64,000 bases of DNA from Octopus bimaculoides. Lineage: Eukaryota. The stretch spans positions 31,250,395-31,314,394 of the forward strand of contig NC_068999.1 of assembly GCF_001194135.2 (NCBI RefSeq), given 5' to 3'. The position numbers and the translations under genes were made by a program. This document shows positions 25,456 to 39,593 of this stretch, piece by piece. Every line of letters starts with the position of its first letter. Positions within the stretch are counted from its first letter, which is position 1. The notes beneath the pieces are model-generated. The model had not been told where the DNA came from, ran no database searches, and saw only the letters and a program-made list of their open reading frames with translations.

Positions 25456-28400
25456 TATATCATCATCATTTGATATCCATGTTCCGTGTTGGCATGAGTT
25501 AGACAATTTAACAAGGTCTAATATGCCTACGAGCTGTATCATGTGCGAATGTCTGCTTTGGTATGGTTTCTACAGCTGAACATCTTTCCAAATCATAAGC
25601 TGAGGAAGATAGAGGAATGCAGAAGAGTGAGTGGTGGCAGGGGCCAACAACAGGAGTAGTAGAGATGGTACCAGTTGCTCACTTTTTTTCTTTCCAGTCT
25701 TCTCAAGTCCTCTGTATACAAGGCCCATATGACACTACCTTGCAGCATTGCAGCTCTGACATAAACATCATGCAATGTACCCTTCAGTATGAGGGAAAAG
25801 ATCTTTGTTGTCAACAGTGGTAGTAGCTCCTTGAACTTTCTCCAACCATTTCTTACTCTAGTAACTGTACTTTCAGAGCAACCACCTCCCTTACAACTAC
25901 TTCCAGCTATCAACTACCTCTAATGAGCCATCTGAGCATTTTAGAGACTCAGTTTTCAATGTGCTTATATGTACTGAATAGGTTATTTCATAAACATTTC
26001 CAGTCATCTACGCTACAGGTATCTAACTGTTCAACCCCATAAATACACCTCACATGATTGAATGAAAGTGCATAAAATGTTACTGGGTTATTATCTTTTT
26101 AAATGAATCAAAGTTTTATTCTAACAAATAATTTAGGTGCTAGTTTCCTTTTTTATGTAAAATTTATAAAAAATTTAAACCCTTTAACATTTGAACCAGC
26201 CATATACAGTCTAAATATTCTGCCCATATATATGTATATATATTCTGTGTGTATATATATACATACATATANNNNNNNNNNNNNNNNNNNNNNNNNNNNN
26301 NNNNNNNNNNNNNNNNNNNNNNNNNNNNNNNNNNNNNNNNNNNNNNNNNNNNNNNNNNNNNNNNNNNNNNNNNNNNNNNNNNNNNNNNNNNNNNNNNNNN
26401 NNNNNNNNNNNNNNNNNNNNNNNNNNNNNNNNNNNNNNNNNNNNNNNNNNNNNNNNNNNNNNNNNNNNNNNNNNNNNNNNNNNNNNNNNNNNNNNNNNNN
26501 NNNNNNNNNNNNNNNNNNNNNNNNNNNNNNNNNNNNNNNNNNNNNNNNNNNNNNNNNNNNNNNNNNNNNNNNNNNNNNNNNNNNNNNNNNNNNNNNNNNN
26601 NNNNNNNNNNNNNNNNNNNNNNNNNNNNNNNNNNNNNNNNNNNNNNNNNNNNNNNNNNNNNNNNNNNNNNNNNNNNNNNNNNNNNNNNNNNNNNNNNNNN
26701 NNNNNNNNNNNNNNNNNNNNNNNNNNNNNNNNNNNNNNNNNNNNNNNNNNNNNNNNNNNNNNNNNNNNNNNNNNNNNNNNNNNNNNNNNNNNNNNNNNNN
26801 NNNNNNNNNNNNNNNNNNNNNNNNNNNNNNNNNNNNNNNNNNNNNNNNNNNNNNNNNNNNNNNNNNNNNNNNNNNNNNNNNNNNNNNNNNNNNNNNNNNN
26901 NNNNNNNNNNNNNNNNNNNNNNNNNNNNNNNNNNNNNNNNNNNNNNNNNNNNNNNNNNNNNNNNNNNNNNNNNNNNNNNNNNNNNNNNNNNNNNNNNNNN
27001 NNNNNNNNNNNNNNNNNNNNNNNNNNNNNNNNNNNNNNNNNNNNNNNNNNNNNNNNNNNNNNNNNNNNNNNNNNNNNNNGCCTTACTATTTTTCTGTGAT
27101 AAATAATTTTTGTGTAATATATAATTGATTATTGATATTTTACTGCTTGCTTTCAGTCATAAGAGCAGTGACCAAGAAAGAGAAAGACAGAGAAAGCAGA
27201 TATTTTATTGCTTGTCTTTCAGCTGTGTTAAGCCAGCAGACACATTGTCAACTTTTTTTTCTTCTGAAGTGTTGATGTTTTTACTGTCCTGTACAGCAGA
27301 GATCAAAATCTCACCTATTCAGAGGATTTCCTGAGGCTTTCTTCACAGTTGGACACATTTAGATAAGAAATGCATATGTAGTCAATTTACAAGATTGCTT
27401 TATCACTTTCTGATATATTTCATATAATTATTCAGTACTGAAGAGTAAACATTTTATCTTTTATCTTCTACTTGTTTTAATCAGTAGATTGTGACCATGC
27501 TGGGGTACAACCTTGAATAATTTTTAGTCTAATGAATCTACCTCAGTACTTTTTTTAAAGCCTGGTGCTTATTCTTTTGGTCTCTCAGGCTGAACTTAGG
27601 AATGTAAACACACCAACACTGGTTGTTAGGCGTTGGTGAAGGACAAATACAGGCATAAACACACACACACGTGTGTGTGTATATATATACGACAGATTTA
27701 TTTCAGTTTCCCTCTATCAAGTTCACTTACAAGGTTTTAGTCAGCCCAAGGCTATAGTAGAAGACACTAGTAGAAGACTGGATCTGGACCCATGTGGTTG
27801 GGAAGCAAGCTTCTTACCACATACCCATTCTTGCTTTCAAGAAAGATTTAACCAATGGAGAAAGTATTTTTGGTCCCTTCTTAAGACCTGAAATCAGTCA
27901 TGTGACCCCAGAATTTTCTTGACTATCTCACACATAGAGCGAAAAGAAGAAACTGACAATTTGGTTGTTTGTTTGTGTGTGTGTGTGTGTGTATGTGTGT
28001 TATTAAAAAATAAAGTTTTCATCAATTTGTTCATACCAATGCTTTAAAATTTAATTTTAAATATTTAAGTTATGTAAAAAAGTAAACTAACACCTGAATT
28101 ATCTATTAGTATAAAGCTTCGGTTCATTTAAAAAGATTATAACTCAATAGACTTTCTCATGCTTTCAATCAGCCCCCCCCCCCCAACCTCCAGGATGGCA
28201 AAAGGGTCAATTAGTTCAGTTTCCTCTCTACTTTCCTCAACTTTGAAACAGATATGAAGAATATTATCATTCTCGGAAAAGAGAAATCAATGCTTAAGCT
28301 GAAAATCAAGACCAAAGTGGGCAGCAAGGAATGTCATCATTATTTTGATTGAAAGTATTATGAATAGTCTGAGTGAATGATGAGATGACCCATTCTGAAT

Positions 28401-29079
28401 AAATTTTCCTGTTTCCCATATCTCTTAGTTTATCAGTATAAGAACACATTTTCTCAACTTTGAAGTGATATTGAAAATAAATATCACTTTCAAGTGATAT
28501 TCAAAACATAATCATTTAATTGTATAGCTGTTACAAGTGAAGGTGTAATTAAGCCAACGATTGGAAAAAAACAGCATTTGTTGCTGTTATCTTTGGTGAG
28601 ACTACAAACCTTCGAATGAAATCTTAACTATCACACATTTTGCAATCTGTTGATGAGAAGGAACAGCTTCAAGAAAGGTTTAGGGGATGAGTCAATGTCA
28701 GTAAAGACAGAAAAACTGCATCACTGACAGAAGTTGTACTTTGTTATACACATTCTCTTAATGTGAATGTCAAATTTTCTTCCAGACTTTAAAAAGAATT
28801 TATACTTTTTCTCAAAGTCTATGGCTTGGATAGCCCCTACTAGATGAAACCGTCAGAAGGTGATTTCCAAAGTTATATGTGTTACTTGTGTCTTACTAAC
28901 TACTTCAAAATGGTGCATCATAGGGGGAAACTATTTTCATTTTCTGACTCCCCATATTTCAAAGCATATAATGCTACACTTTTCAAAGAAAACAGGAGAG
29001 GGTGGAACACCCAGACCCTAACTACAATAAGGGGGAAGGGGGCTTCAGGCCCTTGTTTCCTAGTTCCCCTTCGCCACTG

Positions 29080-29130
<51 letters not shown>

Positions 29131-30977
29131 TGTATGTGTGTTTTTGTGTCTGTATTTGTCCCCTTCCACCACTTGACATCTGATGTTGGTGCATTGACAT
29201 GAGACCGGGCTTAAAACAAAACGTACTGGGATGAATTCATTCAATTAAAACTTTTCTAAGTAGTGCCCCAGCCTGGCTGCAGTTTAATGACTGATGCAAG
29301 TAAAAGATAAAAGATAAAATATATATGCATCAGTACTGAATAATCACATGAAATAAACCAGAATCTGTCATAAAATAAACATGAAAATTAACTAAATACT
29401 CATTCCTTGTTTGAATCTGTCCAACTATGAGGAATGCTTTAAGTCCTTTGCATAGGCAAGTCTTTGATCTTTTCTGCACAGGGCAGTCAAAACATCAGTG
29501 CTTCAGTAGAAGATATGTCTGCTGGCTAAACACAGCTAGAAGGAAGGCAAGCAGTAAAATCTCTGCTTTTCTCTGCCATTCTCTCTCTTGGCTTCCCACT
29601 CTTTTTTATTGTGCCTCTCCTTTTCACTTCTCTTCTCAAAGAGAATAATAGAATGCAAAGAAAATAACATCACTCCTATGATTAAAAACAGGTAGAAAAA
29701 ATTCTGATTTCCTCTGCCTTTCTCTCATCGACCTCCCACACCTTTGTTTTTTTTTTCTTTCATGCTCCCTGCTTGAAGAGAAGACGAAAGCAATTACTTC
29801 ATTGCATTTTATTCTTTTCTTGATAAGCAAACAGGATTTTTTTCTACTTACACCTTTTAAATAATATCAATTGCTTACAATTTATACTAAGAAATGAAGG
29901 AATGGGAAATACATAAAAATATCAGGCATACGATGGGGATAGTGAAAAATATCAATAATTAATTTCATATTACGCAAATTTTATTTATCCTGGATAAAAA
30001 AAAAGACATGCAGTGCATGCATTGCATACATACACCCTTTACCCCTTGACTTCCATATACAGTATCTTTGTTTAGAGAGATACACCAATATAGATATAAA
30101 GATATGTAGTGTCAGCAATAGAAATACCTGAAACAGAGAGAGACAGAGACAGACAGACAGACAGACAGATAGAGACAGAGACAGGCAGAGATACTGTAAT
30201 ATCAATGCATACATTCATACATACATTCCAACACTCATGATTATCATCATCATTTTACATCCATTTTCTTCATGCTGGCATCAATTATCCTACCAAAAAT
30301 ACTGCCAGTCTCTATTTTACTGTGTTTGTCATAGTGTTTTATGGATGGATAATCTTCCCATCAGTAAACATTTTATGTCAACTGCCTCTGCTTCCTCCCC
30401 CTCCTCCTCCTTGTCGTTGTCATCATCATCATCATCATCACTATCACCATTTCACATCTGCTTTCCATGCTGACATACACACATATTCTTATTAATATGT
30501 ATTATATAATACATTGTTGAATTAGTTGACCCCAGGACTTCATTGTAAAGCTTGATATTTATTCTAATTTTTTTCTTTTTTTCTTTGCTGAACCATTAAG
30601 TTAAGGAGACTAACAAACCAACACCAGTTGTCAAGCAGAGTGGGGGACAAACACATAACATAAATATACAAATGTGTGTACGTTTGTGTTTGTGTGCGTG
30701 TGCATGTGTGTGTATAGGTATGGTGATGCAAACAGGAAAAATAGAACTCTTAATATAAGTATATGGATATTTTCGCTAATATTAAACAGAAGTAACAGAG
30801 TGACTTGACTTGGACCTTGACTCACTCTATTACCTCTGCTAAATATTAAAAATATATATATAAATGTGTGTGTGTGTGTGTGTATAAAATTTAAAGAAAA
30901 CAGAAAATGGATACTGGTAGTGTAATGGATACTTCTATCCCTTAGATGGTTATTTTAACCTCTAACTCAACTAACCG

Positions 30978-31029
<52 letters not shown>

Positions 31030-34000
31030 ATAAATATTCTATAATTATAAACATAATTATAATTAGGAGTCAGCTAATTGCTTCGCCACGCACCAAATTT
31101 AGAAATAGGAGCTAAAATTCCTTTTCAACTACTATAAAGATCTCCCAGACAGTAACACACTTTTTTTACGTTGGCAAAAAGAAAAAATAACAAATCCACA
31201 CAACTCAGATTAGCTACATACGCGTTTTAAGATTAAAGTAGAGATATATTTACCTACTTATTTCCCATCTTCAAATATAAATTTGAGAGTGCTAGGATTA
31301 AATATGTACGCGATCGAGCGCCATCGTATAACTAATATTCAACCAACACTTCCAAAAATATACAGCTGAATGTGAACACATACTTATCCTCAATACCCAC
31401 GTGTATACAAGCAATCCTGCAGAAACTAGTTTTCGATCAGAGAGTAGTCATGTGGATTCATAATTTTTTCTTTTTACCTACATAAAAAAGTGTGCTACTG
31501 TCTGGGAGATTTTTACGGTAGTAGAAAAGGAATTTTAGCTCCTATTTCTAAATTTTGTTCATGGCGAAGCAATTAGCTGACCCCTAATTATAATTAAGTT
31601 TATAATTATAGAATATTTGTATAATTTTACCCTTTTATTATTAATATATATCTATATCTATCTATCTATGCATATATATATATATGTATATATATATATT
31701 ATATATATGTATGTATGTATAGGTGCAGGTGTGGCTGTGTGGTAAGAAGCTTGACAACTGATGTTGGTGTGTTTACGGCCCTGTAACTTAGTGGTTTGGC
31801 AAAAGGTGGTGCTCCAGCATGGCTGCAGTCAAATGACTGAAACAAGTAAAAGAATAAATAAAAATATACATAAATATATACATATATATGACAGGTTTCT
31901 TTCAGTTTCCATATACCAGATTCACTCACAAGGCTTTGATTGGCTTGTGGCTTTAGTAGAAGACACTTGCTGAAGGTGCCATGCACTGATGCAGTGGGAC
32001 TGAATATAAAACCATGTGGTGGCAAAGCAAACTTCTTACCACACAGCATGTCTGTACCTAGAATATATTTTATAGAATACTAGCAGAGATACCCAGCATT
32101 ACTTGAGATTAAAATGGCATAGGTTTTATATATATATATATATATATTAGAGTTATGTTGAAACAGGTTATATGAGTAAGTGCAGCATTGACAACAAAAC
32201 ATTTGTGGAATAAATCATGGGTTAATTTGACTAAACAACATGTCATGCTTCTGTTTGGAGTATTCCAGGCCCTAACCTGTCATGGAAATTCTTGGTGGGT
32301 GGGGGACATGTGAATTTTGAATGCACCAAAAAGTTGTCAGTGGATATACTCTCCTTTGTGGCAGTTGGCGCTGCATCTAAGATGTATCTGAAGTTTTGAC
32401 AACTCCTTTGGGTTTATTGTCCTACATCACTCACAAAGTAAATTTGTGGGTAACAAGGAAACAATGAGGTGATAGACTTGCCCCTGAACTTTGAACATTG
32501 GGCATAAATCCATGTTCAACTATCTCCTTAGATGCACCAAATGATGTCATTTGAAATGCAGAGTTGTATTGTCTGATATTGTTCAGAAAATCCCTTGACT
32601 GGATGGAAGTGCCTTCTAGAGGATCTATAAGAGGTTGAGAAGGAGCTGGTAGTGGTGGCAATCTTACCTTACCACCTGAGCAGCACATGCCATTAGTTTC
32701 ATTTGGAAATTTTGGGAAAGTCTCATCTCCCTTCTGTATTGAGACTCCATCTGATGTGCTATAGCAAGCATTTGCTGATCTTGTGAAAGTGGCATCTCCC
32801 TTCTCTCTTGAGACTCCATTTAACATGCTGTAGTATGCATTTGCTAATCTTGAGAAAGTCTCATCTCCCTTCTTTCTTGAGACTTTTGCCTTTGGTTTTC
32901 TACAATCCTCCTTGCTTTATAGTTGTTTCTGGAGAGATTACATCTTTCAATATTGTAAACAAAAAATTATGAACATAGAAAAAAATATACATTAATTTCT
33001 ATTTTTGTAAGCAGTTGTATGAATGTAGTATAAACAATATTAGGGTCTTATCAAAGTGAAAGAATAAAAGTGAAACAATATTATACTGCTGGAAAAAAAA
33101 AATTGGAAGGGTCGTATGGGGAGGGGCTACAGCCTCCTGTATAGGCAAGAGCCAAAATTTTCCTCCCCTCCTACCAGAACCTTCCTCAAGTAATGAAAAA
33201 CCTTAATGCCAAATTTGGTATTATACCACTGAAAAAATAATTGGAAGGATGGTTGGTGGTACAGATTGGTCCAGTGGCTAGGCCATGCGTAAAGGAAACA
33301 CACACACACAGAGTGAATTTTATAGATATAGATATTGTTTAATTCATTTGAAATCTTTTTCTTGTAACTCAAATTCCAAACTACTGTGATCACCAGGAAA
33401 ACTTGCTGATGGTTATAGTAGCTAGAAGAATTGAGTTGAGAGAAGAAAAGAAACACAGTTTAGTTAACAGTATCCATATGTATATAATATGCATACACAT
33501 ATAATGCACACTCCTAATTATTCTCCAAGTTGTGTTAGCAAAGATATATCACATATATAATATGCTCAGGAGTTTAGGCAGATTTATTATAGTTACTGAA
33601 TAAAATACATTATTAATTTTTCTATAGTCCAAAGGAATTAAAAAACAGTTTCAAAAGTGACTTTGAAAAGGTGTTCAGGAGAGCCTCGACAGCACAACTT
33701 GGCAAACAAATCAGAACACCAGAATAATCTGAATGTGAGCATAAAATACTTGGGTTCTTTGAATATTGTAAGTGGAATGAAAATACTCTCCTCCTCCTCC
33801 TCCTCCTCATCGTCGTCACCCCCACCCCCACCACCACCACCATCCTCATCATCATTTTTACGTCCACTTGTCCATACTTGCATTGGGCCATATGAAATTT
33901 TGTTGAGGCAGTTTTCTACAGCCAGATGTTCTTGTCAGCAACCCTCACCTGTTTCCAAGCAAGGTGATATTTACTTCTGACCAGACATTTCACAGAATAT

Positions 34001-34111
34001 TGGGAGCAAAATACACCATGTACGTAATAGAGACATTCATTTTCAACTATCACATGATGTCAAGGTAGTAACCTCCATTTATACACATACACAAACACAC
34101 ACAAACACTCA

Positions 34112-34155
<44 letters not shown>

Positions 34156-34165
34156 NNNNNNNNNN

Positions 34166-34218
<53 letters not shown>

Positions 34219-35110
34219 TACACACACATACACACACTCACACACACAACAGACTTCTGTATTCTTCTTTGTATGTGCATATGTATCTTAAAACAATATG
34301 TATGTGTATGTATGTGAGTGTTAAGAGAGAACTTACCTGGTACTTCTCTTCACCAGACACACTTGACTCAAATTCCGGAGTGTCAATAAACTGCCCTTGA
34401 CAGATATGATGGAGGAAGTTCCTGCTACTGTATACACTGAGCCTGGAATAAGACAATAATGATATGGGGAGACAGTTGGAGACATGGGAAGAGACACAAA
34501 ACCTGACACAATGGTTTAATTCATGTTGCTGGTGTTGTATAATCATTGGTCAGCCTTGATGGAGTCAAACTTTACCCATCTCATCTTTAGTCAAGTTTCA
34601 TGTATTTATGATTATATTATCAAATACTATTTTAGGTACCTTTTTACAATGACAGGTAAACTGAAGGAAATTTGACTCCTGTTTCTAGCAGATTAAGGGA
34701 ATATGTAAAGCTTCTTTGTTATGGGAATATGTAAAGCTCACGGTTAATGTTTTAACCGTCATTCCATAGTTCTATACAGTCATTACATATAGATAAAAGT
34801 CTAGTGTCTACACACTGTGTTGTGTCCATAAACAGTCAATACCTTGATACTATCTACCCATTCAACAGTTACAAACTGTCTATTTGTTTTCTTATCTGCT
34901 TAGTTGCTTGTTTGTCTATCTTTCTGTCGGTCTGTCTTTTTAATCTATCTGCATGTATGCTGATTTGTCCATCCATCAAGTGTAACTGTCTTTCTGTCTG
35001 CCTGTCTTTTTATCAGTCTGCATGTATGTAGATCCATCTATTCACCCAACTATTGTATCTCTGTATATTTACACAGTTATTTCCATCTAAACAAATGACT
35101 GAACAAACGA

Positions 35111-35172
<62 letters not shown>

Positions 35173-35667
35173 TCTCTCACTCTCTCTCTCACTCCAGTAC
35201 TCTGTGGTTAAAACATCTCCACACTTATTGCCATCAATATTTCATTGATACACCTAACAAGGTAACAACTGCAGATTTCAGTCTGTTTTGGTTCATATCA
35301 CACTTATTTCTGGCAATCATTAAACTAGTGTCAGAAAAATATATATAAAGTTGAGAATATTAAACAGAAATTAATAAAAACAAATAAAAAGCTATACAAA
35401 AATAAGAATAAAAAGTAGCAAATAAATTTAATCCAGACAACTTTAGAATTGCTTATAATTTCAATTTTGTATAAATTTGTGCTTAAATTTTTAATCATCT
35501 TTTTAAATATTCAAGAAGTGAAAAAATACTGTGGAAGCAAAGATTACTTCAATAAATTTATTTTGTTTGACATCCAAGATACACATAAATATATATATAT
35601 ATATGTATATATACACACATGTGCATGCGCACACACACATGCATACACAAAGACACATATATAATGT

Positions 35668-35720
<53 letters not shown>

Positions 35721-37802
35721 GGTTTGAGAATGCAAACATGAAAATTAGGATTCAACACATGAGTATACATATATTTTTTATTAATATATAGCAGAAGCAA
35801 CAGAGTAACTCAAAGGCCGAGAGTTTTGTGCATTATCACTTATATATATATACATATCATATATATTATTTAGCAGAAGCAACAGACTGTCTCAAGGGCC
35901 AAGAGATGCTCATATTTTCAGTCCTATTTTTCCTTGTTGTATCACCATACCTATATATATATANNNNNNNNNNNNNNNNNNNNNNNNNNNNNNNNNNNNN
36001 NNNNNNNNNNNNNNNNNNNNNNNNNNNNNNNNNNNNNNNNNNNNNNNNNNNNNNNNNNNNNNNNNNNNNNNNNNNNNNNNNNNNNNNNNNNNNNNNNNNN
36101 NNNNNNNNNNNNNNNNNNNNNNNNNNNNNNNNNNNNNNNNNNNNNNNNNNNNNNNNNNNNNNNNNNNNNNNNNNNNNNNNNNNNNNNNNNNNNNNNNNNN
36201 NNNNNNNNNNNNNNNNNNNNNNNNNNNNNNNNNNNNNNNNNNNNNNNNNNNNNNNNNNNNNNNNNNNNNNNNNNNNNNNNNNNNNNNNNNNNNNNNNNNN
36301 NNNNNNNNNNNNNNNNNNNNNNNNNNNNNNNNNNNNNNNNNNNNNNNNNNNNNNNNNNNNNNNNNNNNNNNNNNNNNNNNNNNNNNNNNNNNNNNNNNNN
36401 NNNNNNNNNNNNNNNNNNNNNNNNNNNNNNNNNNNNNNNNNNNNATATATATATATATATATACAGGGTGCAGTGAATAAATTGTTATCTAAATTATGCA
36501 AAAATGAAAATAACACTGACATCTCATTTCAACAGATATATTTACCAGAATTACATAAAAATATCTTGAAATACTAAAGAGTAAATTTAATCAATAAAAT
36601 CGCCATTGGCTTTAACCATGGCCTTCAGACGACTTCGGAATCTCCTGCAATACTTCTGGATGGTCTTCTTGTTTTATTTGGTGAATGCTACCATAATCCT
36701 TGCCTTCAGTTCATCTTTGGTGTTACAAGGAGTTTTGTTGGTCTCTCACTCAACAACACCCCACACATAATAATCAAGGAGGTTGCAGTCTGGGGAGCTA
36801 GGTGGCCAGATGTTAGGGGTGATGAAGTCGTGGAAATTGTCTGACAGTCATGACTGGGTTCTCCTGCTTGCATGACATGGTGCAGAGTCTTGTTGCTAAA
36901 CATAGGGTCTTCCAGCAGCCACCCTCTTGAGCCAGGGCAGCACTACCTCCTCCAGGCACACAATATAGGTCTCTGTGTTGAGTCTGAGATCATGTGGGAA
37001 GATGAATGGAGGCATAACGTCACCATCACAAGCAATCACTCCAAACACTATGATGTTGACTGGATGTTTGATTTTTATCACTCTCAGTACATGTTTTTTG
37101 AGGACATGACCAACCAATAGTTGTTCTGTGTGTTCACCATCTGATCCTGGCAGCATTTTTTTTCATCTGATAAAAACCAAAGCATGTTCACTTGGAGGGG
37201 ATGCTTGAGTTTGTTCAAAAGCTTTGTCATACAGTCTTTTCTCTTGTCCTTGATGGCTTGGGATAAACATTGGTCCTTTGTCATCTTGTATAAGGAATAC
37301 CGAATATCTTCATGCACTACCTGCCTCATTTATAAATTTATAAATGCTGGGATTTATAAATTGACCTTCCTTGGATCTATACGTGCAAATATTTGTATAT
37401 AAACATGTGACTTTGTATTGGATGGTGTGTACAATTATTTGAACTTATATTTTCCCTATCCATATATTGTGTTGACAAAGGAAAAAAGCTATTTTTTGCT
37501 TTAATCCAGAAATTGGAACCATTTCAGGGTTAACATGTGGTCTTTTTTTAAAATTTTCTTTCACTAACCCAATTTCAGCTACATGTATATTTTAGCTGGA
37601 GTTTTTGAAGGTATTGGCACTCCAAGCATGCTGGAGAAAGGTTGTTTTCACCTGATCTCCCTTGGTATAATTATATACATATGTATGTTATTATTAATTT
37701 AATGTATTAATTGCCTATAAATTTTTATAGCGTGCTGACTAATTGATAAAAATCATTGTGATTTTTATACTTATATTCCTTTGTGAATTAAAATATATAT
37801 AC

Positions 37803-37853
<51 letters not shown>

Positions 37854-38783
37854 TATATATATATATGCATATACATATACATACATACATATATACATAT
37901 GGGAGAATATACAAATAATAACAACAGACGAGGACAGGTGGTGTAAATAACAAAAGTATATATTAGTATGACGCTCGGGAATACGGAAAGTCTTTGACGT
38001 TTTGAGCTACGCTCTTCAACAGAAAGAATACGGAGACAAGGAGAAAAACACGGAGAAAAATAATTGAATAGTGTTCAGTCAACGGTCAATCATAATATAT
38101 ATATATATATATATGAGAGAGAGAAAGAGAAAGAGAGAGAGGCAGATAGAGTTTCTGTTTTATTATTGTCAAATTTAATTTCATTTGAACTTGACTAAAA
38201 CACTAGTCAAGATTAATACAATAAATGTTATGAATATTAGTTGTTAATTTATTTGTGTTGCTGTATTTTAGAATATTAAGTCTAAGTCTAAGAGACACAA
38301 TGAGATACACATCTCGAAAGGCATGAAGGCTGAACAAATAGATAGTTACTCACATTCCAGATATTAGTAAACCCAACTTGTCTGTCTTTGTGATTGACTG
38401 TGTTGCATAACACTCGCCTTGGTACAGAGTCATTAGAGTGCAGTAATCTGCATGTGTTAGTTTCTTGAACAGTGATCTGGAACAGAAGAAAGACAGGAGA
38501 AAAGGATTCAAGTATGTAAAAACAAAATCATTACACTGGCTTCTATACAATGATCTCTTCACTAACCTTCTGACCTCTTTACACTGACGCTTACAAAGGC
38601 CCTATGATCTCTATAAACAGACCTCTTCCTAAAACTTCTTGAACAAATAAATTTTTGAGATGAGTTGTTATCAGAATAATTTGTTTTTTGGGGCTATTGA
38701 CATCCTATTTAAAGTGTTTACATACATATACATATATACATGTGCACGTGTGGTGTGTCTGTATGTGTGTGCATATACATATA

Positions 38784-38818
<35 letters not shown>

Positions 38819-39490
38819 TATTTGGTCACCTGCACATTGCTGGAACAATTGCAAACTGTGGAATAAATATGATAGCATATCCTCCATTATTCACTTAAAA
38901 AAAAATTTTTTTTTTATAGTTTCAGCTGAGAGCTGCGGCCATGCTGATGCACCGATATATATATTTCATCATCATCATCGTTTAGCATCTGTTTTTCATG
39001 CTAGCATGGGTTAGATGGTTTGACTTGAGCTGGTAAACTGGAGAGCTGTACCAGGCTCAGGTCTGGTTTTACTCAGTTGTTACAGCTGGATACCCTTCGT
39101 AATGCCAACTACTCCAAGAGTACTGTGGGTGCCTTTTATATGTCACTGACATGGGTGCCTTATGTATATATATATATATATATACACATGATGGATTCTC
39201 CTGATAAAGGCAAAGTATGAGTGCTTGGCAGAAAAAGAAGCAAAAAAGCTATATTTTTAATCAATATTAACAATGTTTAGAGTTTATACATTATATACTA
39301 TATATTGCATATACTCTGTCTCTCCTTTTCTCTCTATCTCTCCCCTTATACATATATACACACACATATATATGTACACATATACATATATAAACAGGAT
39401 ATTAGAATAAATTTCTGGCATTATTTATTTATGTGGATGTGTTTCAAGAGGACACAACTTGGATTATAACCCTATCTACATAATAATCTC

Positions 39491-39525
<35 letters not shown>

Positions 39526-39548
39526 ACGTGTGCGTGCGCGTGTGCGTG

Positions 39549-39593
<45 letters not shown>

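Noticed and set aside
28458-28493. Short imperfect hairpin (ttgaagtgatatt / aatatcactttcaa)
   Set aside because: A 13-bp AT-rich stem with a bulge is expected by chance at this base composition.
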